NCBI GenBank assembly: GCA_963707635.1
Contig: OY970173.1
Location: 96,001-160,000 of the forward strand
Direction: 5' to 3'
Origin: Candidatus Latescibacterota bacterium
GTDB taxonomy: Bacteria; Krumholzibacteriota; Krumholzibacteriia; WVZY01; JAKEHA01
Length of the DNA: 64,000 nt
Part shown: positions 10,531 to 22,328 of the stretch, one piece after another
How the letters are laid out: every line of letters begins with the position of its first letter
Numbering within the stretch: the first letter of the stretch is position 1
Position numbers and translations under genes: made by a program
Notes under the pieces: model-generated
What the model was told of the DNA's origin: nothing
What the model saw: the letters and a program-made list of their open reading frames with translations, nothing else
The model's database searches: none

Positions 10531-11667
10531 TCAGTACAGCAGATGAAACTGGACCAGCGTCTCCCAGTAGTCGGTGCCAATGACGTCGACGCCGGTGTCG
10601 AAGGTGGTGGAACGAACCAGCGCTTCCAGCGTGAGGAACGGCCGCGGCATCACGAACACCCCGCCCCCCCAGCGCGTCTCGGTGCCGGTCTGCAGATTCC
10701 AATCCGGGTCGACGAAGTCGTAGGTGGCCAGCACTTCGAAACCGCGGCGCACCAGAAAGGACACTTCGTTCGAGGTGACGAGCCCGGTCGTGTGTCCCTC
10801 GCCCTGCGGATCATCCCGCGTCCAATCCACCTCGGCGAGCCATTCGAAACGCCGCCACGTCAGGTAGCCGAAGGTGCCGCCGGTGCCGTAGTTCGCCACC
10901 TCGCCGTCGTCCCAGTAACCCGACACGCCGGCCGCCCAGCCGAAGGGGCCGGTGTGACCGCGATAGGTCGCGTTCAGCACGGTCGCCAGCTTGCGATCGT
11001 CGTCCGACGTGCTCCCGCGATTGCCGTTCACCACCGCGAACTGGACGTCGAGGCGCTTGGGCGAAATTCCGAACTCGACGCCGACGTCGCTGTTGGTGGG
11101 CGGAAAGAATCCGAGCTCGCTGCGCACGAACATGGTGTGGTCGTCGAATTTCCACCCGTAGGAAGGCACGAAACGCCCCAGCTTCACGTAGCCGGTGAGC
11201 GGGAGCCCCTGCCACATCCCGAACAGCTCGTAACTCGACGAGATCCCCTGGTCGTAATAGAGCGACAACTGGTCGTCCATCTGAAAATTGATATAGATGT
11301 CGCCCTGCATCTGGAAGAAATCCTTCACCGTGGCGGGCGCGTCTTCGTTCGCGTAGGTGTAGATGGTGCGGAAGTCGGTCCCGATCAGGATGCGGTTCGC
11401 AATCTCCGGATCGATGCCGTCGAGAATGTCCTTCGCCGGCTTCGCCCACGCGATCTCTTCGGGAACCAGATACTGACTCGCGTAGAGCGTGCGCAACCCT
11501 CCACCCGACGGGTTCACGTGGCAGAGCGCGCACTTCTGCTCGTAGCGCGCGGAGTAGCGCGGCAACGCCTGCGCGACGCTCGCGAGTAACGCCAGCGCGG
11601 TCAACGCGCCCGCCGCGACGAGGGTCGTCCGATCCGCTCCAAAACGAGCTCTCAAAATGTGGACCAT
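10531..11667 (-). CDS. Outer-membrane beta-barrel with N-terminal single heme-c motif (Cyc2-like cytochrome-porin architecture)
   Basis: Signal peptide, then LPRYSARYEQKCALCH; alternating aromatic beta-strands; C-terminus LVQFHLLY. Confidence 0.75.
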   Translation of the reverse strand: MVHILRARFGADRTTLVAAGALTALALLASVAQALPRYSARYEQKCALCHVNPSGGGLRTLYASQYLVPEEIAWAKPAKDILDGIDPEIANRILIGTDFRTIYTYANEDAPATVKDFFQMQGDIYINFQMDDQLSLYYDQGISSSYELFGMWQGLPLTGYVKLGRFVPSYGWKFDDHTMFVRSELGFFPPTNSDVGVEFGISPKRLDVQFAVVNGNRGSTSDDDRKLATVLNATYRGHTGPFGWAAGVSGYWDDGEVANYGTGGTFGYLTWRRFEWLAEVDWTRDDPQGEGHTTGLVTSNEVSFLVRRGFEVLATYDFVDPDWNLQTGTETRWGGGVFVMPRPFLTLEALVRSTTFDTGVDVIGTDYWETLVQFHLLY

Positions 11668-12386
11668 CAGTTATTGAGGGCGCCCTCGAGAATCCAGGCC
11701 CGAATGGTCTCGATTCCCTCGGGGGTGACGGGCGGCGATCCCAGCCCGGGCGGCGGCATCACGCCGCCGTACGCGCCGGTGCCGGTGATTTTCTGGAACA
11801 GGACCGACCCGTCCAGGTCCGCGGGCTTCACGCGCACGGCGGGGGCGTACGAGCGCGTGACCTGGCCGACGGTTTCGCGGTAGGACAATCCGGTGCGCAG
11901 GTCGAGGTCCGCCTCCCCGAACTGGCGGTGACACCCGATGCAGTGGGCGTCGAAGATGGGCTGGACGTCCGCGGCGAACGAAACCGTCGACGCGTTCACA
12001 CCCAGGCCCCGGCACATGACCGCGGCACATTCCGAGATTCCGCTCAAGTTGCAGTCCAGCTCGCCCGGCACCTGTGGAGCGAACCGAACCGTGATGGTGT
12101 GGGACTCGCCCGGCGAGAGGGTCACGGAGCCGCCGCCCCCGATCACGTCGAAGCCGGTTCCGCACAGAGAGCTCACGTTGACGGTCAGGTCGGCGCTCCC
12201 TTCGTTGCGCACCTGCAGGGCTTGCTGGCGCGACGTGCCCACCACGACCGTGCCAAAATCCAGCGACGAGGGACTCGTCACGCACGGCGTGTCGATGGGT
12301 TCGCCGATGTCGGAGCACCCCCACCACGAGAGGACGAGAATTCCGCCGACCCGTACCAGGAGGGATCGTGCCCGTCCGCTAGTCAT
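11667..12386 (-). CDS. Lipoprotein with an Ig-like (ASH/choice-of-anchor D) domain and a planctomycete-type monoheme cytochrome c
   Basis: Lipobox-like WWGC; PSSLDFG...ITVRFAP Ig domain; VSFAADVQPIFDAHCIGCH...MPP...IRAWILEGA. Confidence 0.8.
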   Translation of the reverse strand: MTSGRARSLLVRVGGILVLSWWGCSDIGEPIDTPCVTSPSSLDFGTVVVGTSRQQALQVRNEGSADLTVNVSSLCGTGFDVIGGGGSVTLSPGESHTITVRFAPQVPGELDCNLSGISECAAVMCRGLGVNASTVSFAADVQPIFDAHCIGCHRQFGEADLDLRTGLSYRETVGQVTRSYAPAVRVKPADLDGSVLFQKITGTGAYGGVMPPPGLGSPPVTPEGIETIRAWILEGALNN

Positions 12387-13092
12387 TCCTCCGGCCGCCC
12401 AAGAGCCCCAGTCGCATCGCCCAGTAGAACAACGTCAACGCCGAGGTGACGAACGCGGCGACGTAGGTCAACGCGGCGGCGTCCAGCACCTTCTTCGCAC
12501 CCGCCAGCTCGTCGGGCGCGAGGTAGGCGCCGCGCTTGAGCGTGGCGAGCGCGCGGCGGCTGGCGTCGAACTCGACCGGCAGGGTCACCAGGGTGAACAG
12601 CGTGGTGGTGGCAAAGAGAAGCACGCCCACAATCGCTATCTTGCTCCCCATCACCGTCGCCGCGCCGCCCATCATGGCGGCCATGATCAGCACGAATATC
12701 GAAATCCCTCCGCCGAGGTTCGCCACCGGCACCCAGGCCGAGCGGAACTTCAACGGCGCATACCCTTGTGCGTGCTGGATGGCGTGCCCCACTTCGTGCG
12801 CCGCCACCCCGGCCGCCGACAGGCTGTCGACGCCGTAGACGGCCTCGCTCAAGCGCAGCGTCCGCGTGCGCGGGTCGTAGTGGTCGGTCAGCGTGCCCTT
12901 CACGGCCTCGACCGTCACGTTGTTGATGCTGCTATCGCGCAGGACCGCCCTGGCCACGTCCGCGCCCGTCATGCGCGAGCGGGTCGCCACCTGGTTGAAC
13001 TTGTGGAAGGTTCCCTTGGTCTTCATGCTGGCCCAGAGGCTCAGCACCATTCCGGCGCCGATCACGAGCCAGTACATGGGGTCAAAAAACAT
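12379..13092 (-). CDS. Membrane-bound neutral zinc metallopeptidase (YugP/Zn_peptidase_2 family)
   Basis: LTDHYDP, AAHEVGHAIQH, TLPVEFDASRRA, AALTYVA. Confidence 0.92.
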   Translation of the reverse strand: MFFDPMYWLVIGAGMVLSLWASMKTKGTFHKFNQVATRSRMTGADVARAVLRDSSINNVTVEAVKGTLTDHYDPRTRTLRLSEAVYGVDSLSAAGVAAHEVGHAIQHAQGYAPLKFRSAWVPVANLGGGISIFVLIMAAMMGGAATVMGSKIAIVGVLLFATTTLFTLVTLPVEFDASRRALATLKRGAYLAPDELAGAKKVLDAAALTYVAAFVTSALTLFYWAMRLGLLGGRRND

Positions 13093-13304
13093 CGATCATC
13101 CCTCCGTTGGGAAATTGCCGGTAGTGGGTCCGCCCCGTCGCCCGGCTGTCATTTCCGTCACATGTAAACGTGATCAAATGGTTTGCTCGATACCGGATCG
13201 GCCCGTATCATACCGCCGACGCGGCCCCGGCCCGTGGTCGGGCCGGCCGGCATCGCCCCCAATATAAGCGAAATCACCGTCCCAGTTCCAGTCGAGGAGG
13301 AACC

Positions 13305-13778
13305 ATGCTTCGTTCAATAGTATGCGCGATCATCGTCGCCGTCGTCGCGACCGCGGTTGCCTCTCCCGCCTCTGCCCAGGACGACAAGACGTTCGGCATA
13401 GGCTTCATCATAGGCGAGCCCACCGGCATCGATGCCAAGCTCTTTCTCAATAATGAGAGGGCGCTCGAGTTTGCGGCGGCGTGGTCGCTTTCCGGGGACA
13501 ACGATTTTCGCCTGCAGGGCGACTATCTGTTCCACCGCTACGGTCTCTTCGACCTCAAGAACCAGGACGAGATGCCACTCTACTTCGGCATCGGGGCGCG
13601 CGGGGTCCTGGCCGAGAACCAAGACGATGTGTTCGGAATTCGCTTCCCGGTCGGTCTCGCGTACATGTTCGCAAATTATCCGTTCGACATCTTCGTTGCA
13701 ATCGTGCCGATCCTGGACGTCGCGCCCGAAACGGACTTCGACCTCGAAGGAGCGATCGGCGCGCGGTTCTGGTTCTAG
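13305..13778 (+). CDS. Small outer-membrane beta-barrel protein (DUF3996-like)
   Basis: GAGGAGG RBS, signal peptide, FGIGFIIGEPTG, GIRFPVGL, C-terminal GARFWF. Confidence 0.75.
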   Translation: MLRSIVCAIIVAVVATAVASPASAQDDKTFGIGFIIGEPTGIDAKLFLNNERALEFAAAWSLSGDNDFRLQGDYLFHRYGLFDLKNQDEMPLYFGIGARGVLAENQDDVFGIRFPVGLAYMFANYPFDIFVAIVPILDVAPETDFDLEGAIGARFWF

Positions 13779-13816
13779 GACGCGGTGGGGCGGCATCGCG
13801 CTCGACGCGCGTGACG

Positions 13817-15404
13817 TCACGGGGCGGTGCGGCGCAGCAGGATCAGGGTGACGTCGTCCGAGGCCGGGCCGCCCGCCAGGAAGCCCTCGACCGCCTGGAC
13901 GATGCGCCCGCGGATCAGCGGCAGCGGTTCGGCACGGTCATCGACCAGCACCTTCTTCATGCTGTCCAACCCGAGGAATTTTTCTCCGTTCGTCGTCGCC
14001 TCCGGGATCCCGTCGGAAAACACGGCCACCAGGTCGCCCGGTTCGAGCACGACCTCGCGCTTGACCAGCGGGATCTCCTCCATCATGGCGAACGGAAGCG
14101 TGGTTGAATCGAGCGCGGTCAGGCTGCCGTCGCGATGCGAAATCAGCGCGGGCTCGTGCCCGGCGTTCACGTAGACCAGCAGGCCGGTGGCCGGTGTCCA
14201 GCTCGCCGATGAACAGGGTCACGAACTGCTCCTCGGCCAGGCTCTTGTAGAGTTGCCGGTGCAGACGCGCCGCGAGCGTGTCGAGGTCCCCTTCGATGTC
14301 GGCGAGCAGACCGACCAGCACCGCGGCGGCGCTCATGGCGAGCGCGGCGGGCATGCCTTTTCCGGTGACGTCTCCGAGCGCAATCAGCACGCGACCGTTG
14401 GGCCGCGGCCCCACGAAGTACAGGTCCCCACCCACCGCGCGGCACATCACCTGGTGGGCGTCGACTTCGTAGCCGGCCGGCACGCTGACGCCGTCAGGCA
14501 GCATCGCGCGCTGAATCCGCGCGGCGGTGTGGATCTCCTCCTCCAGGCTCAAGTTCCGGAGCTTGACCGCCACCGCGTTGGCGGCCGCGGTCAGCACCTC
14601 GAGATCCGCCTGGGAATAGCGCACGCTCGCGTCGGTGGTATCGACGTAGAGGATGCCTCGCACCCGCTGGTTGTCGAAGAGCGGCGCCGCCATCGCGGAG
14701 CGAAGCGACAGCGCCATGATGCTCTGTTGCATTCCGAAACGCGGGTCCTCCAGCGGATTCGCGACCAGCACGGACACGCGATCGCGCAGTACGCTGCCGA
14801 CGATGCTCGAGCTCAACTGCAGCGGTGCGTCCGGGGCGCCGCTCTTGGTCCAGCGCGCCCTGGCCTCGACGCCGGTGGCTTCGCCCGAGTCGGCGAGCAT
14901 GACCACGCGTTCCGCGGGGACGGATTCGGCGACGAAGCGGCACGCGGCGGTTTCGATCGCCACCGCGTCTTCGCTGGACGCCAGCAGCTCGAAGAGCTGC
15001 GAGCTTCGATCCATGAGCCGATGCTGCGCGGCCTGTGAGTAGCCCTGCCCGATGTTGTACCGGAGGCTGGTCGCGACCTGATGGTCGCCGAGCAGCCGGT
15101 GCGACGCGGTCGACGTCGGGCCCGCGCGGCGCGTGAGCGCGCCCGCAAAACTCACCAGCGCCCCCGGCGGCACCTCGGCCCACTCGTCCCCGATGGGCTT
15201 GCCGTTGACCTCCGTGCCGTTGCGGCTCCCGAGGTCGCGCACCCACAGGCGCTCGCCGTCGACGCGCAGCGCCGCGTGCTTCTTGCTCACTCGCGCCATC
15301 GCGACCTGGACCGCGTTTTCGCTGGAGCGGCCGACGGTGTGCTCGCCGTCCTCCAGCGAGAACTTGTGGCTTTCGCCCTCCCAGACTACTTCGAGATTGA
15401 GCAT
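13817..15404 (-). CDS. FHA-GAF-PP2C/SpoIIE protein phosphatase (frameshift near 14190)
   Basis: FHA (VGR, VSKKHA, DLGSRNGT), GAF (SAMAAPL, GILYVD), PP2C (VGGDLY, GDVTGKG, NAGH, FSDG, DDVT) split over two ORFs. Confidence 0.88.
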
Positions 15405-15505
15405 GGCGTGTGCAGCGAGTTATATCACTCCGAATGCGACTGGTCTCAATAGCGGTTCCTGATATACTGGCCCCGTTTCCGGCACGATTTCCCGTTGCTA
15501 TCCAC

Positions 15506-18173
15506 ATGATCGGACGCACCATCGCCCATTACCAGATCACCGACCGCCTCGGCGTCGGCGGGATGGGCGAGGTCTATCGCGCGCGCGACACGCGCCTGGG
15601 CCGCAGCGTCGCGCTCAAAGTGCTGCCGGATGCGTTCGCGGACGACCCCGAGCGCCTCCAGCGCTTCGAGCGCGAAGCGAAGCTGCTCGCGTCGCTCAAC
15701 CACCCCAACCTCGCGACCATCCACGGCATCGAGCACGACGAAGACCGTCGCGTGCTCGTCCTGGAGCTGATCGAGGGCGAGGACCTCGCGCGCCGCATCG
15801 CGCGCGGGGCGGTCCCGGTCGACGAGGCGCTCGCAATCGCGCGCCAGATTGCCGACGCGGTGGAAGCGGCTCACGAACAGGGTGTGATTCACCGCGACCT
15901 CAAGCCCGCCAACATCGTCGTGACACCCGACGGCGTCGTGAAGGTGCTCGACTTCGGGCTGGCCAAGGCGATCGAGGGCGACCCGTCGTCGTCGTCGAAG
16001 CTCTCGCAGTCGCCGACCCTGCTCGGCAGCTCGCCCACCGCGGCCGGGGTGATCCTCGGCACCGCCGCCTACATGAGCCCGGAGCAGGCGCGCGGCCGGC
16101 GCGTCGACCGTCGCGCGGACATCTTCGCGTTCGGCTGCGTGTTCTACGAAATACTCACCGGGCAGATGGCGTTCTCCGGCGAGACCGTGAGCGACACGCT
16201 TGCCGCCGTGCTGCGCTCGGAGCCGGACTGGTCGCTCCTGCCCGCGGGCACCCCGCGCTCCGTCGTGCGTCTGCTACACCGCTGCCTCGAGAAGGATCCA
16301 CGCCAGCGCCTGCGCGACATCGGCGAGGCGCGCATCGTGATCGACGCCGCGCAGCGGGGCGAGTCCGACCCCGAGGCGCCGGCCGCAGCGACCGCGCCGC
16401 GGCGCGCGGCGCGCGTGGCTGCCGTGGGCGATGGTCGGCGCCCTCGCCGTGGTGGCGATCGTGTCGATGGCGCGGCCGCGCGAGCGGTCCGGTCAAGGCA
16501 GGACGAGCTCATGCAGCTCTCGCTCCTCCTGCCCCAGGGCGACGCGCTCGCGCTGCGCGGCGAGCATCCCGCGCCCCCCGCGATTTCGCCCGATGGCAGG
16601 CACGTGGTCTTTGGTCTCAGCCGGCAGGGGGGCACCGTTCTCTGCGTCCGGTCGCTGGACAACGCCGACCCCGTGGTCCTGACCGGCACCGATGGGGCCG
16701 GCTACCCGTTCTGGTCGCCGGACAGCCGGCAGATCGGCTTCTTCGCCCAGGGAAAACTCAAGCGCGTCGACCGCGGCGGCGGCCCGGTCACGGTCGTGTG
16801 CGACGCGGCACTCGGCAAGGGCGGCTCGTGGGGGCCGGATGGGACCATCGTGTTCGCGCCCACGTACGCGTCCGCGATCCTCCGCGTCGCCGCGGAGGGA
16901 GGCTCGCCGCAGGCGGTCACGGTCGCGGACAGCACGCGCGGAGAAGTGTCGCACCGCTTTCCCCGCTTCCTCCCGGATGGGCGGCATTTCATCTACATGA
17001 CGCGCTCGGTGGCGACGCGCATGGCCCAGGTGGGCTCCGCCGGCGTCAAGCTCCGCGTCGCATCGTTGGACGGAGATCTCGATCGCGAGCTGATGGCCGC
17101 GGAGTCCAACGCGGTCTACGCCGACGGATACCTGCTCTTCGCCCGCAACGACTATCTCGTCGCGCAGCGCTTCGACCCGGCTACGCTGGAACTCTCTGGA
17201 GAGCCGGTGACCATCGCGAGCCACCTGCGCATGCTCCCCGGCGCGTCGCGGGCCATGTTCGACGCGTCGGAGACCGGCGTGATCGTCTATCAGGCGGGTG
17301 CGGAGGTCGATGGAAACCAGATGACCTGGGTGGATCTCGGGGGCAAGGTGATCGGCACGCTGGGCGAGCCCGCACAGCACGACGATCCCATCGCGCTATC
17401 CGCCGACGGAACCCAGGTGGCCGCGTCGATCTTCGACCCTCGCATCGGAACTCCCGACGTCTGGATCTACGACGTGAGACGCAACCTGCGCACGCGATTC
17501 ACGACCGACCCGGGGCCGGACAACAATGCCGTGTGGTCCCCCGACGGAAGCCGGATCGTGTTTTCGTCCGCGCGACGTGGACACTTCGATCTCTTTGTGA
17601 AAAGCCTCGAAGGCTCGAAGCCGGAGGCATTGCTCGCCACCGGCGCGGGCGACAACTTCGCCGCCGCGTGGTCGCCGGATGGTCGAATCGATCCTGTCGG
17701 TACAACTCGTGGCGGGCGGAGGCTGGCAACTGAATGCCAATCCGGTCGACGGCGGAAAGCCCGAGCCCGTCCTCGTGCTGCCCACGGCTTATGGCGTCGG
17801 TTTTTCTCCCGGCGGAGGCTGGATCGTCTATGACTCCAGCGAGGGTGGAAATCGTGATGCCTACGTGGTCGCGCTTTCGGGCGCGGGGCGCAAGTTGCAG
17901 ATATCGAAGGCGGGCGGTTTCAACCCCCGCTGGGTGGGGTCGCACATCTACTACTTCAACGAGCGCGGCGTCCTGCGCACGCAGGTCGGCGAACGCGACG
18001 GCAGCATCGTGATCGGTGACGAAGAGCTGCTCTTCGAGACCGTCAACCTCGTGGACTTCGAAGTGACTCGCGACGAGAAGCGCTTGCTCCTCCTCCAGAC
18101 GATCGACGAGGGCAACCGCGCGCCCCTCTCCCTGGTCCTCAACTGGCAGAAGAAGCTGCAGACGGGGCCATAG
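15506..18173 (+). CDS. Hanks-type Ser/Thr kinase with TM segment and TolB/PD40 beta-propeller (about 3 frameshifts)
   Basis: GVGGMGEVY, VALKVL, HRDLKPAN, DFGLAK, YMSPEQ; SPDG repeats; TM segment lies in another frame at about 16430-16500; C-terminus in ORF 17679-18173 ends LVLNWQ. Confidence 0.9.
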
Positions 18174-18190
18174 CTCGCGCCCCCGTCCGG

Positions 18191-18298
18191 CTACTTACCG
18201 TCGTGTCGCGTCGTCAGGACTTTCCAGAAGCACCAGATCGTCAGCCCCCACACGAACACGAGCGAAGTCAGCATGAAAAGCCATCCGCCGGGTGTCAT
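18191..18298 (-). CDS. 35-aa single-TM protein, probable NSS transporter small subunit (MetS-like)
   Basis: Manual translation MTPGGWLFMLTSLVFVWGLTIWCFWKVLTTRHDGK; AGGGAGG RBS; 20 nt downstream of the NSS transporter. Confidence 0.75.
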   Translation of the reverse strand: MTPGGWLFMLTSLVFVWGLTIWCFWKVLTTRHDGK

Positions 18299-18318
18299 CG
18301 TTTCCTCCCTTCCGTCCG

Positions 18319-19982
18319 TCAGTCGCGCGGCTCCTCGCGCCCGTCGATGTCGAGGCCGGCATCGCGCCAGCGACGTTCACCGATGGCGGTGCACAACACC
18401 AGGACGAAGATGGTCCCCACGATCAGAGCCATAGCCCCCTGGCGCAGGGGCTCGTCGGCTACCGACTGAATCCACGACCCCAGGTTCTGCCAGCAGAAGG
18501 CGGTGAACACCACCACCAGGTAGGTCGGCGTCACGTACTTCATGATGAACTTGTAGAAGACCGGGATCCGGATCTGCGCGCCCTCGTGCGCTTCCTTCCA
18601 TGCCCCGCTCGATGCCGAACACCCAGCTGAAGCAGATGATCTGCACCATCGCGAGCACGAAGATCAGGAACGTGCCGACCCAGTCGTCGATCGTCGACCA
18701 GAAGATGCCGTCCTTGCTGTAGTACATCACCAGGAACGAGCCGATGAGGCAGACGCCCACCATGAACGCCGTCGCCTTCTGCTTGCGTCCAGCCCAGCGA
18801 TTCCTTGAAGAACGCCAGCGCCGGGCTGATACATCGAGATCGAGCTGGTGATCGCTGCCAGGAACAGCATGAAGAACCAGATCGCGCCGATCGACGTTGC
18901 CGAACGCACCCATGTGCGCGAACACGACCGGCAGCGTGGTGAATCCGAGTCCGAAGGTGCCGCCCTGGACGGCGCCGATCATGTCGGCGGTGCCGAGGAA
19001 CACGAACGCGGCGGTGATGGTGATCAGCCCGCCGAAGCCGACCTCGAACAACTCGTTGGTGGCCGACGCGGTCAGCCCCGAGAGCACGACGTCGTCCTTC
19101 TTCTTGCAGGTAGGACGCGTAGTTGATGATCACGCCGAAGCCGACCGACAGGCTGAAGAAGATCTGACCGGCGGCCGCCAGCCAGGTCTGGGGATTGCCG
19201 AGCGCGTCGAAGCTGCGGGTTCCACATGTAGCGCGAGGCCGTTGATCACGTTCTGGTCCGGGTGCGCCGGGTCCGGCGTGCCCGAGGGTCAGCACACGCG
19301 CCCAGCACGATCAGCGCGCACACCGCCATCGCCGGCATCGCCCAGGACACGAACTTCTCGATGCCCTTCGACAGGCCGCGGTAGACGAGCCAGATGTTCA
19401 GGGCGAAGGTGATCGCCCAGAAGACGAAGGTTTCGATCGACCCGCCCGCGATGACCCCGTTCTCGGCTCGCGCCCGTGAAGTCGCTGTAGAACTGCGCCG
19501 GCGCGCGCCGTCTGGTCGGCGATCGGCGCGGTCGGCGTCGATGCCGATGCCGCCGGTGAGGTAGTGCCAGAAGTACCCGAGGCACCAGGCTTCGATGTAG
19601 GTGTAGTAGAAGGACACCGCCAGCGGAATCAGGACGCCGATGACGCCGAGGTAGCGCGCGATCGCGCCCGCCGCCGACGACGCCCAGGATCGAGGGCGCC
19701 GAGTGGAAGCCCTTGCGGCCGCCGTAGCGTCCCATCGTCCATTCGGCCCAGCCGATCGGGATGCCGAGAAGCAGGAGCGCGCAGAAGTACGGGATCATGA
19801 ACGCGCCGCCGCCGTTCTGCCGCCGCCTGGCCCGGGAAGCGCAGGAAGTTCCCGAGGCCGACGGCCGACCCGGCGACGGCGAGGATCACGCCGAGGCGCG
19901 TTCCCCATTCCTCGTGGCTGTGGGCCTGATGGTGCGCCTCGTGTGCGTCCGCCGCATGCTTGCTCGTGGTTTCTTTCGCCAT
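18319..19982 (-). CDS. Sodium-dependent transporter, NSS/SNF family (many frameshifts)
   Basis: [68 protein letters not shown] spread over successive frames. Confidence 0.88.
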
Positions 19983-20100
19983 TGTCGCCACCGTGGTTAA
20001 AAGAAACGATGGTCCCCGCGAGTCTTCGCGCGGATCCATTCATGCTGGGGGCAGATGGTATGGGCGGCCTCGCCTGCCGGTCAACCGCCAGTTTGCCGGC

Positions 20101-20956
20101 TCACCGGCCGCGCCGGCCCCGCGGCGGGCGACGCGTTCGCGCCCGGCGAGGCTTCGACACCGCAGCGACGGGAGCGCTCGCGCGCCCGCTGGTTTGCCAC
20201 GCGCCAGGGTCGACGCGGTAGTAGCGCGCCATCTCGTCGTAGAGGTCCGGGTACTCGCGGCGCAGCGCCAGCGGCCGCTCGAAGAAGCTCTCCGTCGCCA
20301 CCGCGAAGAACTCGGCGGGGTCACCCGCGCCGTACGCGTCGATCAGGGTGCGCCGGTTCGACGCCGCCGCGCGCTCGAAATGGTCGTAGGCAGCGTTGAA
20401 CACGCTCGCCCACGCGTCGCGGCGCTCGCGATCGGGCAGCTTCGGCATGCCGTCCATCTCGCCGTTCTCCATGTCGAGCTGGTGCGCGAACTCGTGCAGC
20501 ACGACGTTATAGCCGGCGCGGCCGGTCGACGCGTATTCCACCGCGTCCTCCCACGACAGGATCACCACCCCGAGCTCCCACGACTCGCCCGAGCGGTCTT
20601 CCAGGAACTCGCTCACCACGTGGCCGTCGTGCTCCTCGACGTCGGCGTAGAAGACGGTGGGATAGACGAGAATGGTGACGAGGTCGGGATAGTAGTTGGT
20701 GTCGCGATTGAGAATTAGCAGACACGCCTGTCCGGCGATGGTGACCCGCACCTCATCCGTGATCTCCTGCCCGTTGCACCCTTCGAACTTTTTCTCGGCG
20801 AGAAAGACGTGGATGTGACCGTGAAGCTGGGCGCGCAGATCGGCCGGGAGCCGCCGATAGGCGGGCACGTTCGCCTCCAGGATGGAAACCCAGGGCCCGG
20901 GGAACGCGCAGCGCGCGCAGCGCTGCCCATCGTCGCCGTTTGAGGAAGGAGAACAT
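20101..20956 (-). CDS. mtfA: M90 family zinc metallopeptidase, MtfA-like (frameshift near 20900)
   Basis: FLAEKKFEGC, IAGQACLL, GESW, NVVLHEFAHQLD, YGAGDPAEFFAVATESFFE; start MFSFLKRRR in an adjacent frame. Confidence 0.85.
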
Positions 20957-20958
20957 GG

Positions 20959-22221
20959 TCAGCGCGCGAGCAAAAGCGACACCGTCGCCCCTGCGATCAC
21001 CAGCGCGGCGGTCGGCACCACCCGCAGGCGCAGCGCGCGCCCTCCCAGCCACACCACCAGCGCGGTTTTCACCAGGGTGTTGACGAGCACGGCGATGCCG
21101 ATGGCCGTCACCGCCTGCTCCACGCCTCCGGTCAAGCGCGCGCGCTCCGCCATCGAAAGGGTCACCGCGTCGACGTCGGTGAGTCCGGCCGCCGCCACCA
21201 CGGCGTAGACGCCGCCCGCCGGCAACACGGCCTGCGCGCGGTCGACGAACACCGCGACACCGGCCAGGAGCAGCGCGAACCTCGCCGCAAAGGTGAGGCT
21301 GAACGGATTCTTGAGATGGACCGCGTCTGCCGCCGACGGTTCCAGGCTGTCGGCGCGCAGGTTCACGAGCGCTCCGGTGGCGGCGATCACGGCCATGGTG
21401 CCCATCGGCCACGCCAGATCGGCGGCGACCGGCCGGCTGACCACCGCCGCTTCGACCACCACGCGCACGAACATCACGGCCCACGCCAGCAGCACGCCGG
21501 CGGCGAGCGTTCGCGCGGCGCCGGGCTGTGACATGCCGCGGCTGCGTCGCGCGAGCGCGAGCGTCACGGCGGTCGAAGACACCAGTCCGCCGACGAGTCC
21601 GATCACCGAGGTGCCCCGTTGCGGTCCCATCCACCGCACGGCCACGTAACCCAGGAACGAGATGCCCGCGATCAGGATCACGAACCAGGTCAGCGTGTAG
21701 AGATTGAGCGCGCCCCAGGGATCCACCGGCTGGCGTGGGACGACCGGCAGCACGATGAATACCACGATCAGGAGCTTGATTACGGCGAAGATGTCGTCCC
21801 AGCCGATGCGCTCTACGATGCCGTGCAGCGTGCGCCGGAACGCGAGCACGGCCGAGGTCGCGATCGCGAGGGCCACGGCGATCTGTTCGTGCCCGTAGAC
21901 CGCGGCGCCGCCGAGCAGGTAGACCACCACGGTGGCGAATTCCGTGGTCAGACCGATCGACCCCGGCTGCGTGCGCACGTGCGCCACGTAGCCGGCCAGC
22001 ACGAACAGCGCGCACGCCAGCCCGGCGCCGGCGAAGACCCACGGCGACGCCGTCTCCATCGAGAGCCACGCGGCCACGCCGCCCGCCAGGGCGATGAGGA
22101 TGAAGGTGCGGAATCCGGCCGCGGCCTCTTCGTTCTGGGCGCGCTGCGACTTCTCGCGCTCCAGGCCGATGAGCGCCCCGATCAGGAGCGCGATCGCGAA
22201 TCTCACGAAGGGCGTGTCCAT
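20959..22221 (-). CDS. MgtC/SapB plus DUF4010 membrane protein
   Basis: [37 protein letters not shown]. Confidence 0.9.
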   Translation of the reverse strand: MDTPFVRFAIALLIGALIGLEREKSQRAQNEEAAAGFRTFILIALAGGVAAWLSMETASPWVFAGAGLACALFVLAGYVAHVRTQPGSIGLTTEFATVVVYLLGGAAVYGHEQIAVALAIATSAVLAFRRTLHGIVERIGWDDIFAVIKLLIVVFIVLPVVPRQPVDPWGALNLYTLTWFVILIAGISFLGYVAVRWMGPQRGTSVIGLVGGLVSSTAVTLALARRSRGMSQPGAARTLAAGVLLAWAVMFVRVVVEAAVVSRPVAADLAWPMGTMAVIAATGALVNLRADSLEPSAADAVHLKNPFSLTFAARFALLLAGVAVFVDRAQAVLPAGGVYAVVAAAGLTDVDAVTLSMAERARLTGGVEQAVTAIGIAVLVNTLVKTALVVWLGGRALRLRVVPTAALVIAGATVSLLLAR

Positions 22222-22328
22222 CCCTCCATACTATACACCGGCGCGGATTCGTTGCGGGGGCGTCGTCCACGTCGTATACTCCCCCGCCTGTCGATGTTCG
22301 CACACCCGTCACACCGGGAGTTCATGCC

